From the NCBI GenBank assembly GCA_051362555.1, contig CM120642.1, positions 16,678,001-16,742,000 on the forward strand: DNA of 64,000 nt, read 5' to 3'. This stretch comes from Lingula anatina (lineage: Eukaryota > Animalia > Brachiopoda). The translations under genes were made by a program, and so were the position numbers. The notes below the pieces were generated by a model, which saw only the letters and a program-made list of their open reading frames with translations, was not told the DNA's origin and made no database searches. Within the stretch, counting starts at the first letter, position 1, and each line of letters begins with the position of its first letter. This document shows positions 25,201 to 37,490 of the stretch, one piece after another.

Positions 25201-26859
25201 TCTGAAAAAAAATTAATCCCACATGTAACTGTATGTGCGGGTGAACACTGAAGACAGTATAGTCTGAGACTAACTGTTCATATCTCTTCTGTGAATTCCG
25301 CATCACATGGCATAGTCTCTGCAGTGCCATAGTGGAAAGAAATGGTGATGAAAATAGTATGGACTATAGCTGTTTAAATAACCTTACATTTCAAAATATG
25401 TGTGTGCACATCCATATGTACAAAGTCTTATGAATTATGTGTTTACGCATATACACATGCCACAGCACAATCATGGTAATGACACTACCCAGACAGCCTC
25501 AGTGATCTGGCCCAAGTCTGGCCCAGATCTGGCAACGTCTGGCAATGTCTGGCAAAAGGTATGGCCCACGTATGGCTTGCCACATGTGGGCCAGATGTGG
25601 CAATGTTTGGGCCAGATCTGGCCCAGACATTGCCACATCTGGCCCAATCCACATTTGCTCATATGGCCAGATGTCGGCCCAGATCTGGCAATATCTGGCA
25701 AATGTATGGCATGCCAGATGTGGGCCAGATGTGGGCCAGATCATATTCAAATGGGCCAGATTAGGGCCAGACATGGACCACATATGGCCCAGAATGTTTT
25801 TTTTCTCCTTTTTTTAAAATTATTTTTAATTATTCAATAAGATTACTATAAAAAAAGACATACAAGATTCAAGTATTTATTCTGTGCTAAAACCCTAAAC
25901 AAAATTATTACACATTATATAACCTTGCTGGCAACTAACATGTAACAAATTAAGGGTCACTCCTTGTCTTTTTGTACAAAACAATGTATATTTGAAAAAA
26001 AAAAAACTACACTGCAAAAAGGCAAGTATACAGACACTTAACAGGAGGAAATGTCACTTACATACATGTAAAGAAAACAGTTATAACAATTTTTTTTTCA
26101 ACACAAAGCTGCTCATCGAATCTGAATTAACACAAATTACAAAAATTGTAATTAATCATGCATGTACATGGGGGAGGGGTTTGAGGGGGAAATATTTTTG
26201 CACACAGTGTCATTTTTAAACTAATTCAAACATATCATTAATAATAATAATCACTAATGAATATAGTTTTGTAATGAATAAATCTTGAATAATGAATGAA
26301 AAAACATTGTTTTTTTAGATGATGGTGAGTTATAACAAAATTATAAATAACCATGCAGTAACTGTTTCAATTCAACTTGCATGCTGGCTACAGTACTGTA
26401 CATACATGTAAATTCTGAAAAAAAAAATATGTATACTCCAGCACAGATATAGATGTACAATTAAAAGAGAATTACACGTGCACAAAAACAAACCCCAGTA
26501 TCAATGCTTTTGAATTAAATCACATCATGAATCAAATCACTCAATGAATTGAACCAGTTTGCAATGTTTGCGCTTTTTTCAAATCCATAACACTAAGAAA
26601 TGATACATCTTGACAAGCTTATAATTATTAAAGGAATCAACAATATGGAACAAGTAGCTCTACCAAGTTAACAACAGTTCATTCAAATGTCAAGTCAAAA
26701 CACAACATCCCTTCCTTTCTTGGAGAGAAACGGTCCTTTCAAAACATGTTTATTGACAGTTCAGTCTTTAAAATGTCCTTTCAAACATTTGCAGAATAGC
26801 ATATGAACTCCAACTTTTATTCCTTAAACCACACTGAAAATTCTCAAAACTTATCAACT

Positions 26860-27869
26860 CATATCAAATCCCATGTCCTTTCACTACTACTGGTCTCTTC
26901 CTTTACGTCACATTCAAATGTTCCCTTCACTTTTAAAGGTTTCTCAGACGTGTATGAATAATACTGTTTGTTTTCTAGTCCTCCACAAGAGCCACATTTA
27001 TTTTTCTTGGATTTCAGCATTCTCCATGTATTTTCATCAATGATATTACAATATGCACCTGAATCTGGTAATACACTGAGATTAACACCGCCTCTATTTC
27101 CTCCATGTCTTCTGTGTATATTGCATTGGTTCCCACACCAAATGAATATGCACTCCTGGATTATCATGTTCAAAGCTGTCATTTACATGAATAATAGTTT
27201 CAGTTTTGCAGACTTTTGCAAAGTGATCCAACGTTCCATGTTTTCTCAGTCAGGGAGTTTCTACTTCGTTTTTCATGTCTAAACTCGTAATGTTTAGACT
27301 GGCTTGGTTTGTCAAATGACTTCGGTTTCATCATACTCACAGTTTCTGGTGTTCCAATTTCATTCAAAGCGTTAACTGTCTAATGTATATTCATGTTTCT
27401 AACCCGTGTTTGGGAGAGTCCTGAAAATATCTTGTACACCTGTCCCTGCTGAATACAACATAAGCGCGCGTCTCCTCTGTCATGTATTTTTAATTTTCTA
27501 TTTTTTGTTCATTATTCATGCCGTCCGTTGGTTTTGAAAAGATCAATCTTTTCCGTCAGCGAAGAGTTTAAAACTGTCTAGCCATCGCGTCGAGCGTGAC
27601 CCTAATGTCTCCGGACTTCTGTACGGTTCGAATTTCGTAATTTCACATTTTTCCTCCATTTTTTCAAAGAAAGTTGGCTCACAGTTTTGCACTAGTGTTA
27701 ATCCTCGTCGCCAGTGTTGATGCCTTCGAAATAAATCGCATCACGAATCAAATCACTCAACAAATTGTATCAGTTTGATACGCTTGTGCTTTTTTCATAT
27801 CCATAACTCTAAGAAACGCTACATCCGGGTCCTTGACCGGCTTAGCATAAAAAGCGGAATCTTACAACA
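26860..27869 (-). mobile_element. Truncated Ty3/Gypsy-type LTR retrotransposon remnant (LTR, PBS, decayed gag/protease)
   Basis: LTR TGTTG...CAACA at 27869-27715. PBS TGGCGACGAGGAT at 27713-27701 is complementary to the tRNA-Ser(GCT) 3' end. Zinc-knuckle remnant HFAKVCK; protease motif VLPDSGAYCNII. Confidence 0.8.
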
Positions 27870-28295
27870 GCGGAACGAGTAGTTCAAAAAAGTTTTAGAA
27901 CAGTGAATTCATTCAAATGTCAAGTCAAATTAAACAAATAGCACACTTATGAGGGGACTTTGAAGAAAAGAGAGAGAGATAAATTAAATCAAAATTTATC
28001 AAATGACGTCAGTTCAATGCATTCAGCTCAATAAAAAATAAATAAATAGAAAATAAAAATTGAAAATAAAAGTACCATATCTGGCCCAAGTCTGGGCAGC
28101 ATCTGGCAAAATGTGGCATAAATGCCAGAGTTTGCCAGACTTGGCCCAGATCTGGCAAGTGTCTGGCAAAATGTGGCATAAATGCCAGACTTTACCAGAC
28201 TTGGCCCAGATCTGGCAAGTGTCTGGCAAAATCTGGCCCAGATATTGCCAGACGTTGCCAGATCTGGGCCAGACGTGGGCCAGATTACTAAGGCT

Positions 28296-31200
28296 CCCAG
28301 ACAGCCTCAGTGATCTGGCCCACGTCTGGCCCAGATCTGGCAACGTCTGGCAATGTCTGGCAAAAGGTATGGCTTGCCACATGTGGGCCAGATGTGGCAA
28401 TGTCTGGGCCAGATCTGGCCCAGACATTGCCACATCTGGCCCAGTCCACATTTGCTCATATGGCCAGATGTCGGCCCAGATCTGGCAATATCTGGCAAAT
28501 GTATGGCATGCCAGATGTGGGCCAGATATGGGCCAGATCATATTCAAATGGGCCAGATTAGGGCCAGACATGGACCACATATGGCCCAGATTGTTTTTTT
28601 TTATTATTTCACATTTGCTCATGTGGCCAGTTTTGGCCCAGATCTGGCAATATCTGGCAAAGGTATGGCATGCCGGATGTGGGCCAGATTAGGGCCGGAC
28701 ATGGACCACATATGGCCCAGATTGTTTTTTTTTTTTTTCTTTTTTTAATTATTTTTAATTATTCAATAAGATAACTATAAAAAAAGACATACAAGATTCA
28801 AGATTCAAGTATTTATTCTGTGCTAAAAGCCTAAACAAAATTATTACACATTATATAACCTTGCTGGCAACTAACATGCAACAAATTAAGGGCCACTCCT
28901 TGTCTTTTTGTACAAAACAATTTGTATGTTTGAAAAAAAAAAAAAAAAAAAAAAAAAACCACACTGCAAAAAGGCAAATATACAGACACTTAACAGGAGG
29001 AAATGTCACTTACATACATGTAAAGAAAACAGTTATAACAACAATTTTTTTTTCAACACAAAGCTGCTCATCGAATCTGAATTAACACAAATTACAAAAA
29101 TTGTAATTAATTATGCATGTACATGGGGGGGGGGGATTTGAGGGGGAAATATTTTTGCACACCTCAACCTAAATAATATTATACAATGTCATTTTTAAAC
29201 TAATTCAAACATATCATTAATAATAATAATCACTAATGAATATAGTTTTGTAATGAATAAATCTTGAATAATGAATGAAAAAACATTCTTTTTTAGATGA
29301 TGGAGAGTTATAACAAAATTATAAATAACCATGCAGTAACTGTTTCAATTCAACTTGCATGCTGGCTACAGTACTGTACATACATGTAAATTCTGAAAAA
29401 AAAAATATGTATACTCCAGCACAGATATAGATGTACAATTAAAAGAGAATTACATGTGCACAAAAACAAACCCCAGTATCAATGCTTTTGAATTAAATCA
29501 CATCACGAATCAAATCACTCAATGAATTGAACCAGTTTGCAATGCTTGCGCTTTTTTCAAATCCATAACACTAATTAAGAAATGATACACCCGCCTCCTT
29601 GACAAGCTTATAATTATTAAAGGAATCAACAATGGAACAAGTAACTCTACCAAGTTAACAAAAGTTCATTCAAATGTCAAGTCCAAACACAAAATCCCTT
29701 CCTTTCTTGGAGAGAAACGGTCCTTTCAAAACATGTTAATTGACAGTTCAGTCTTTAAAATGTCTTTTCAAACATTTGCAGAATAGCATATGAACTCCAA
29801 CTTTTATTCCTTAAACCACACTGAAAATTCTCAAAACTAATCAACTCATATCAAATCCCATGTCCTTTCACTACTACTGGTCTCTTCCTTTGCTTGCCTT
29901 TACGTCATATTCAAATGTTCCCTTCACTTTTAAAGGTTTCTCAGACGTGTACATGAATAATACTGTTTGTTTTCTGGTCCTCCACAAGAGCCACATTTAT
30001 TTTTCTTGGATTTCAGCATTCTCCATGTATTTTCATCAATGATATTACAATATGCACCTGAATCTGGTAATACACTGAGATTAACACCTCCTCTATTTCC
30101 TCCATGTCTTCTGTGCATTGGTTCCCACACCAAATGTATATGCACTCCTGGATTTTCATGTTCAAAGCTGTCATTTACATGAATAATAGTTTCAGTTTTG
30201 CAGAGTTTTGCAAAGTGATCCAACGTTCCATGTTTTCTCAGTCAGGGAGTTTCTACTTCGTTTTTCATGTCTAAACTCGTAATGTTTAGACTGGCTTGGT
30301 TTGTCAAATGACTTCAGTTTCATCATACTCAGTTTCTGGTGTTCCAATTTCATTCAAAGCGTTAACTGTCTTATGTATATTCATGTTTCTAACCTGTGTT
30401 TGGGAGAGTCCTGAAAATATCTTGTAAGTTGTACACCTGTCCCTGCTGAATACAACATAAGCGCGCGTCTCCATTGTCATGTATTTTTAATTTTCTATCT
30501 TTGTTCATTATTCATGCCGTTCATTGGTTTTGAAAAGATCAATCTTTTTCCGTCAGCGAAAAGTTTAAACTGTCTAGCCATCGCGTCGAGCGTGACCCAA
30601 TGTCTCCGGACTTCTGTACGGTTCGAATTCCGTAATTTCACATTTTTTCTCCATTTTTTTCAAAGAAACTTGACTCACAGTTTTGCACTAGTGTTTATCC
30701 TCGTCGCCAGTGTTGATGCCTTCGAAATAAATCGCACCACGAATCAAATCACTCAACGAAATTGTATCAGTTTGATACGCTTGTGCTTTTTTCATATCCA
30801 TAACTCTAAGAAACGCTACATCCGGGTCCTTGACCGGCTTAGCATAAAAAGCGGAATCTTACAACAGCGGAACGAGTAGTCCAAAAAAGTTTTAGATCAG
30901 TGAATTCATTCAAATGTCAAGTCAAATTAAACAAATAGCACACTTATGAGGGGACTTTGAAGAAAAAAGAGAGAGATAAATTAAATCAAAATTTATCAAA
31001 TGACGTCAGTTCAATGCATTCAGCTCACTGGTCAATAAAAAATAAATAAATAGAAAATAAAAATTGAAAATGAAAGTACCATATCTGGCCCAAGTCTGGG
31101 CAGCATCTGGCAAAATGTGGCGTAAATGCCAGACTTTGCCAGACTTGGCCCAGATCTGGCAAGTGTCTGGCAAAATGTGGCATAAATGCCAGACTTTGCC

Positions 31201-31306
31201 AGACTTGGCCCAGATCTGGCAAGTGTCTGGCAAAATCTGGCCCAGATATTGCCAGACGTTGCCAGATCTGGGCCAGACGTGGGCCAGATTATTGAGGCTG
31301 TCTGGG
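28296..31306. mobile_element. Second, nested copy of the same EnSpm-like element
   Basis: Complete TIRs CCCAGACAGCCTCA / TGAGGCTGTCTGGG; CT TSD at 28294-95 and 31307-08; colinear with 25488-28295. Confidence 0.85.
29850..30866 (-). mobile_element. Second copy of the Gypsy remnant
   Basis: LTR 30866-30711, PBS 30709-30697, ORF MDHFAKLCK...VLPDSGAYCNIIDENTWRML. Confidence 0.8.
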
Positions 31307-31571
31307 CTGTCTGGGTATCTTTTCAATGGGCAAAAATTATCAAACTTTCAAATGTATACCTTTATAAACACATAAAGTATATAGTATTAGTGGTACTCTT
31401 ACTGCACAGATTAGAACTATAGAGTAGCTTACTTTTTTATTTTGTTGTGACCATCCAATAGGAATTGGGTAGGAGTATTAAAATTTTAAAAATTAATGGC
31501 CTAAAAAAATACCGCATCTGTAAAATTCACGATTTCCCCCCCACTGAAAAAAATCAAGTTATTACCATATG

Positions 31572-31743
31572 CTGAGGTGGCACTAGCAATTTTTTCTAAA
31601 GCCAAATTACTACTTTTTCATCACTTTTTTCTCCAAAATGGTTTAAATTTGACTAAAATAAGTCAAATCAACCCTATTTTGTTTAGCCCATTGAAGTCAG
31701 TTTTAGCATTTGGCTTAATTGGGCAGTGTTAACTCTACCCCAG
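31572..31743 (-). mobile_element. Degenerate MITE, same family as 56190-56349
   Basis: Ends CTGAGGTGGCACTAGCAATT / GTGTTAACTCTACCCCAG; the interior (GTCAGTTTTAGCATT) matches the reverse complement of the 56190 copy. Confidence 0.6.
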
Positions 31744-31994
31744 TTTGTGTGTCCACATGCATAAGTGTACAAATGACTGACCTGTGGGTTCTTTAAAAAG
31801 CCCAGCTTGAACTCTGCGTCCAGAGCCAGGTAATCAGGGTTACTCCTCACGGTGGACACCATGATGACCCGTCTCTCCTGACCCTGAAATTCCTCCACAC
31901 TGCCCACCTTTATGTCCTGAAAGTTTTTCTTGAACAGCAGTTGCCTCAGTTTTTGAACCTGTGGAGAGAATAAAAAGGGATGTCTGTGCATTTA

Positions 31995-32167
31995 CAGGCC
32001 CGTAACCAGCAATTTCAAAAGAGGGGTTCTTTTTCTGAAAAAGTGGACCTTTTTCCATAAAAACTTCATGTACCTACATGTAGATCAAATTTTACCCACA
32101 GTGGACCTTTTCCCAGCAAAAGTGGCAGTTCTTTAAAACCCCCGAACCCCCCCTGGCTACGCGCCTG
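31995..32167. mobile_element. MITE with a 5-bp TSD (hAT-like)
   Basis: TIRs CAGGCCCGTAACCAG / CTGGCTACGCGCCTG; ATTTA TSD at 31990-94 and 32168-72. Confidence 0.8.
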
Positions 32168-33996
32168 ATTTAATACTCATCCGTTACATTCAGCATTTAC
32201 TTTATCTTTATCTTATTTTACTAGTAGTTAGCCATAACTCTGAACAGGCTGCATATTGTTAGTACATTACATTATAACCAAGCTCAGGTGGATTAGTAAT
32301 TGAATTTGCCATGTGAGATGGGAGTGAGCAAATTCACCACAATTTTAATTTTAATTTTTAAAATTTTTCTTTCTCCTTTATCACATGTACACTTCTGTAG
32401 TTAAAGTAGGACTTTTCATAAGCCTAACATATCTATAACATACTATTAACTCAGATGTATTGTGGCTGTACTTTAAGGTAAATGGAATGTTGGACCTTTA
32501 AAGAATGTTGACTACTGGCTCTTTAGAGCTATGCCACATTCTTAGAATCTATTGCCCTAACTCAGCAAAAAGGCCCAGTTAATAATTGTAAACAAATTTG
32601 CAAAGTTTTACTAGGCAGCTTCAATTAATTGGCATTTGGCGTGAAGCCCGATTTGATATTGCAAACTGTTGTTAGTAACTTGAAAAGGGAGAGGGACTGG
32701 GGAGGGGTTGCCTGTATTCATCATGGAATAAGCTCTGTCATATTTCCCTCACTTGTTTTCTGTAGGGGGAAATAATTCCAATTTCCTTCTGCAAGACTCA
32801 GATGCCTCTGGCCTCCAGTAGCTTCTCCACATATCCCAACACAATAGTTGCTTCTTCTGGATTGAAGAATGATGGACTCCTTTCCTCCCTCATGTCCTCC
32901 CCAACCACTCCATGGAATACAAAGGGACACCCCGTTTTTGGTAAACCTTCCCAGTTGCAGAGGGACTCCCTGGCAAGTCGGTCAGCACGTCACAGGCTTC
33001 TAGCTCGTTGTTGTAGAACTGTTCGTTTGGAAGCTTGAGGATAGCAAGATGTGATCTGTAGTTTTTGAGGAGTTTTGTGAGGAGGAATGGGTTGTAATGG
33101 CCTTGACGTTGGTACAGTACATCTTGATCGTCATCATTTGAGCCAGGACTCGAACCACCCCTCTTCTTGTACACATCACAGTAGGTCATGTATCTTTCTA
33201 AAAGTGAGAGTCCTGTAAGACATTAAAATGATGAGACATTTCATATACATGTATAGATATATAAATGAAGTTATTCTTTATCAAAGAAACTAAATAACTA
33301 TGAGGTTACAAAAGGTTTTAATTTCACCATTATATGTACAAAAGAGATGCATGAAAGAGACATTTTGTCAATGCTTAAGTACAAAATCTCTACTACCACA
33401 TGTAAAAGTATTTCAGTGTTTGCAATTTTACCAGAGCTTATAGAACTACCAAAAAAAACTGATCCTTGTCAAAACCTAGTCCTAGTCAAAAGAAAGACTT
33501 TCTTTTGTCAAATTAAAAATTATTGAAGGAATAATTCTGGGCACATCCATAGCAGTAAAAATGTTTCATTAATTGCATTACTTTTTATTTTACTTAAATC
33601 TTAGAAGCAGAAATCACTGGTCAATAAAAAGCTTTTAGAATAAGTCCTACATGTATATGATTTTACCAGACTCTCAAACACCTTTGTAAATATTATAGTT
33701 AATCATAGTACTTTTGTCCACAATTTTCAACTTCACTTTTCTTTTAGTCATAGTCTTATTTCATTTTTATTTAAGCCCGAGGTAGTAATGTAACTTCCCC
33801 TTTTAATGCATTTCATAACACATACACTCACACACACTGGCAGATTAAAACTTTACTATTACTCATATTATCATTTTTATTATAATGGCTGTTGGGGGCA
33901 TATTATTATAATTAAATATATTAAAAACTATTATAATTATAATTATATATATTAAAAACTTATTTGCAATATAAAACAAAATTTACCTGCATAATT

Positions 33997-35835
33997 ATCA
34001 CTGCTTCCTTATTATTAATCCAGCAGAGAGCTTAACCTTTGGGAGTTTACAGGAAAATATCAACAAGTGTGCTTTATGTAATCTCATTTAATGGCCTATT
34101 AATTAGGCAAATGACTTTATAACTTTATAACTTAGCCTAGTGAGACCCAAGGGAAATTTACAGACTGACCCTCTCAAAGGTCTTCAGGCCCATAAGTCAC
34201 ACCCTTAAGAAATGCACAAAACAATAATGCACAAAATAGGAGACTATCAATTCTGATACAATAATACATTATGCTTAACTGCACAGTCAACATCAAATGT
34301 TTTAAAATTATGCACAACAGGTAACACCGACGAAAGTAAAAGCATAAGGCTTCAGGCCCATCAGAGTTCAAGTTTATACTTAGAAAGTGCCAAAATGAAA
34401 ATTTCACAAAAAATGCATAAATTTAATAAAAGTGATAATCTAATAGAGCTGGTTTTCTAATATGAGCTGTATGTCAATCCTAAGAATCATTCTTGTAAGA
34501 CTAGTTGAAAAAATAGAAAGTAACAGTTTTTTTTCTATAACGTTAATGGTGGCAGTGTACAAAAGAGGTTTTTTGTCAATTTTGATGCAACATTACCCAA
34601 TGATTAACTGTATAAATACCACCAATTTTTAAATATCTACTATTAAAAACATGGACATTAAAAAAAGGTGATTACCACTGGGCTTCATGCCCAAGGGAGC
34701 TCTAAGTCCCACATTGAAAATTCCAGTATGTGAAAGATAAAAATTTTCACAAAAAACCTCTATAACTTCCAGAAAATTAACTAATGAGACAGATTTTCAA
34801 ACTGAAGCTGTATTTCAGTCCTATGTTTCTTTCCTTTAAGTGTAAAAAGAGCAAGTGACATGGTTTTCCTTTCACGGTCACTAAGGAGGCAGTGCCTAAA
34901 ATAGGGTTTTGTTCAATTTTGATGCAATATTACATAATGCTTAACAGCATAATAACCATCAGTTTTTTAATGATAAAACAAAACTATCATGGATATTCAC
35001 AAAATGTGCCTAGCCCATAGAGTTCAGAAACACTTTGAAAATCCCAAAATCTAAACAAGAGAAACTGTATTAAAAAGAGTTTATTTCCATTTTCAATACC
35101 TTTTTTACATGAAAAAAAATAATCGATTTACTGTCATTTTTATATGATCAATTAAAATATGTTGACAAAGGAAAAATATCAATAGAACAAATTTAAATGT
35201 CCAACTTGCTCCATTCTGAGATTCTTAACTTAGTGAATGATTGAATCTGACGAACTTCAATGATATGAGTTCCCTTCCATTTTTGATACTTTATTACACA
35301 ATGCACAATAAAAGGTGTACTGTCATTTTTATATAATCAACTAACAATATTTTTAAGAAGCAGAAAATGTCAAAACAACACTTTTACATATCTAATTTGT
35401 TCCATATTGAGACTGTTAACATGCCTAAGAATTAAATCTGAAGAAAAGCCACTTATATGCAAAAAGGCTAATAACTTCATCAAAACTTAACTGATCAAGC
35501 TTATTTTCAATCTTGATCTGTATATTAGTCAGACTGATCACTCCTGTAAGTTTCAAGACAAAAGGCTGATTGGTTTTCCTTAAAATGTGTTATCAGTGTT
35601 GCATATATGCTGAAAAAAGTGAAAAAACAGCATAACTTCCATACAGATGGCCATATCATGCTGATTTTCAAACTTGACCTGCATATTATGAAAGCTCATC
35701 AGTTCTGTAGGTTTCAAGCCAAAAGGTAAAACGGTTTTTCACTTATCATGTTATCGGTGGTCAAAGTGCACGGCGACTACGACAGACGCAGGTGATGGCT
35801 ATATGTACAGACACATCTGTGTCTGTACATAAAAA
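33997..35835 (-). mobile_element. Second HINE copy, inverted relative to 19115, 3'-truncated
   Basis: The reverse complement begins TTTTTATGTACAGACACAGATGTGTCTGTACATATAGCCATCACCTGCGTCTG and stays colinear with 19115-21668, with fewer satellite units. Confidence 0.8.
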
Positions 35836-35884
35836 TAAATAAGTGAAAGAAATTAATTTTTAATTTTTTTCTGACATTTTCCTA

Positions 35885-37490
35885 TGCAGCCATTTTTTTT
35901 TACCAACACCGGGAAAGAAAACATGTACATAGACTGAAAGTGTGACAACATGAAATTATGGGCCATGTTTATTTTTTACACACCTGCAGTTACTGACCTT
36001 TAATGGTTTGTCTCTTACATATCCTTTGTTTATTTTTTAAAAAAGTGTTTTCATAAAAGCAGGTATTAATAATAAAAAAAAAAAACAGACACAGTCAATC
36101 AAATATTAGGCCTAATAATGAAAAACAGACACAGTCAATCAAATATTAACATGTGAAGTCATATACAAGGCATTTGATTGTTTAGAAGGCACTGATCGAT
36201 CGTCAAAAACATGAGAGGCTAAGCTAGTGAGTACAGGTAAAGGTACTATTCTACACCTGAGCTGTTGTAACAGCGTCGATGGTACAGTGGGTAAAGGCGT
36301 CGTCGGAATACTATCCTCCAGGTATCGGATTCGTTATCTTCGTTGGAGTTGCACTTTTTTATATATATGTGTATTTGAAATATTTTAATTTCAAGACAAA
36401 GAGTACAGGTAAATACACCAGGTAATACATTGATCAGTGTGTCGTCGTCGGTGGCGCAATTGGTAGCGCACGTGGTTCTGAAGCATTCTTCGATACCGAC
36501 GGAGACACGAAGGCGCCTGGAGTAGGCTAGGTGTAGGCCAGGCTAGGTGTAAGTTAGGCCAGGCAAAAGTGTAGGTTTGTCTAGGAGTAGCCTAGAAGTG
36601 ATTATGAGCTAACACTAGGAATAAAGTTAAAATTTCAAATAGGCATTGAAAAGTAAGTTAGAAAAACCCATAGGTATTTGAAGAATAAATAAATAAGGCA
36701 CTGGTGTGTAAAGAAGTGATTTTTAATGTTTTCCTGACATTTCCTAGCTATGTTGTGCTTGGATTAATTTTAGTGTCAGCTAGCAGGATAGAGTGCATGT
36801 ATATTACAGCCTTTTTTTTTTACCAAGGCCAGGTAGTTTGAAAGAAGAAAAGTGTGACAACATTTAATTATGGGTCATGATAATTTTTTACACCTGCAGT
36901 TACTGACCTTGAATGGTTTGTCTCTAACAAAGCGCATTTTTATTTTTTAAAAAGAATTTTCATAAAAGCAAATTTTGATAATAAAAGAGACACAGTATAT
37001 AAAATATGAACATGTGAAGTCATCTAGAAGGCATTTGATATACATTAAGAAGGCATTGATCGATCGTCAAAAAACATCTAAGTAAATAATGTTTTAAGAA
37101 GTCACTCAGGTAGTTGACGTTGCAGTTCCACATAGTGTTGATTTTACTTAAGAGAGGATAGTGAGTACATAACAGGAAAGGCTTTTATTCTACGTCTTTA
37201 TCTTAGTAACATCGTCGATGGCACAGTGGGTAAAGGCGTCGTTGGGATACAGGGTAACGGGTTCGTTAAGGTAACAATATAAGTTAAAATTTCAAATAGG
37301 CCTTAAAAAAATTAGTTCCTCTTTTTCTTTTATTAACTTGTATTTGAAATATTTTAATTTCATGACAAAGAGTACATGTAAATAACCAGACAATGCAGAC
37401 AAAAATGTGTCGTCGTCGGTGGCGCAATTGATATCGATAGTTCCGACTTCCGAAGCAATCTATATGTTGACTGAAAGTGTGACAACATTA
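35885..37490 (+). repeat. Diverged ~600-bp direct duplication containing degenerate tRNA-like (A/B-box) segments
   Basis: 35885-36460 vs 36805-37432 share ACACCTGCAGTTACTGACCT, GATCGATCGTCAAAAA, CGTCGATGGYACAGTGGGTAAAGGCGTCG and GTCGTCGTCGGTGGCGCAATTG. A third fragment lies at 37470-37488. Confidence 0.7.

Larger units (their letters stand above)
25488..31315. mobile_element. Non-autonomous EnSpm/CACTA-like element (outer copy) with subterminal TGGCCCAGA/TCTGGC repeats
   Basis: Termini CCCAGACAGCCTCA...GGCT[insert]GTCTGGG; 2-bp TA TSD at 25486-87 and 31316-17; arrays of short subterminal repeats at both ends. Confidence 0.8.
24100..33212 (-). pseudogene. MOV10: MOV10 RNA helicase (UPF1-like SF1B), last five exons only, disrupted
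   Basis: Exons 33212-32753, 31958-31782, 25201-25113, 24596-24481, 24164-24100 encode [96 protein letters not shown]. Lesions: a 5-bp frameshifting insertion at ~32987-32991 and an in-frame TGA at 32798-32800. No upstream exons found. Confidence 0.85.

Noticed and set aside
25400-31422. W/Q/H/C-rich ORFs (LPDLAQIWQVSGK...)
   Set aside because: They are translations of subterminal TE repeats that stay open in several frames on both strands.
32798-32800. Selenocysteine or readthrough TGA in MOV10
   Set aside because: It co-occurs with a frameshift and missing 5' exons, and the position is not catalytic; a nonsense mutation is simpler.
19115-35835. Polinton/Maverick or other long-TIR autonomous element
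   Set aside because: No integrase, polB or capsid ORFs, no TSD and no AG-rich termini. The inverted repeats have HINE architecture and unequal lengths.
36443-36520. Functional tRNA gene
   Set aside because: Only a D-arm-like 5' part is present; no T-arm/B-box or acceptor-stem pairing.
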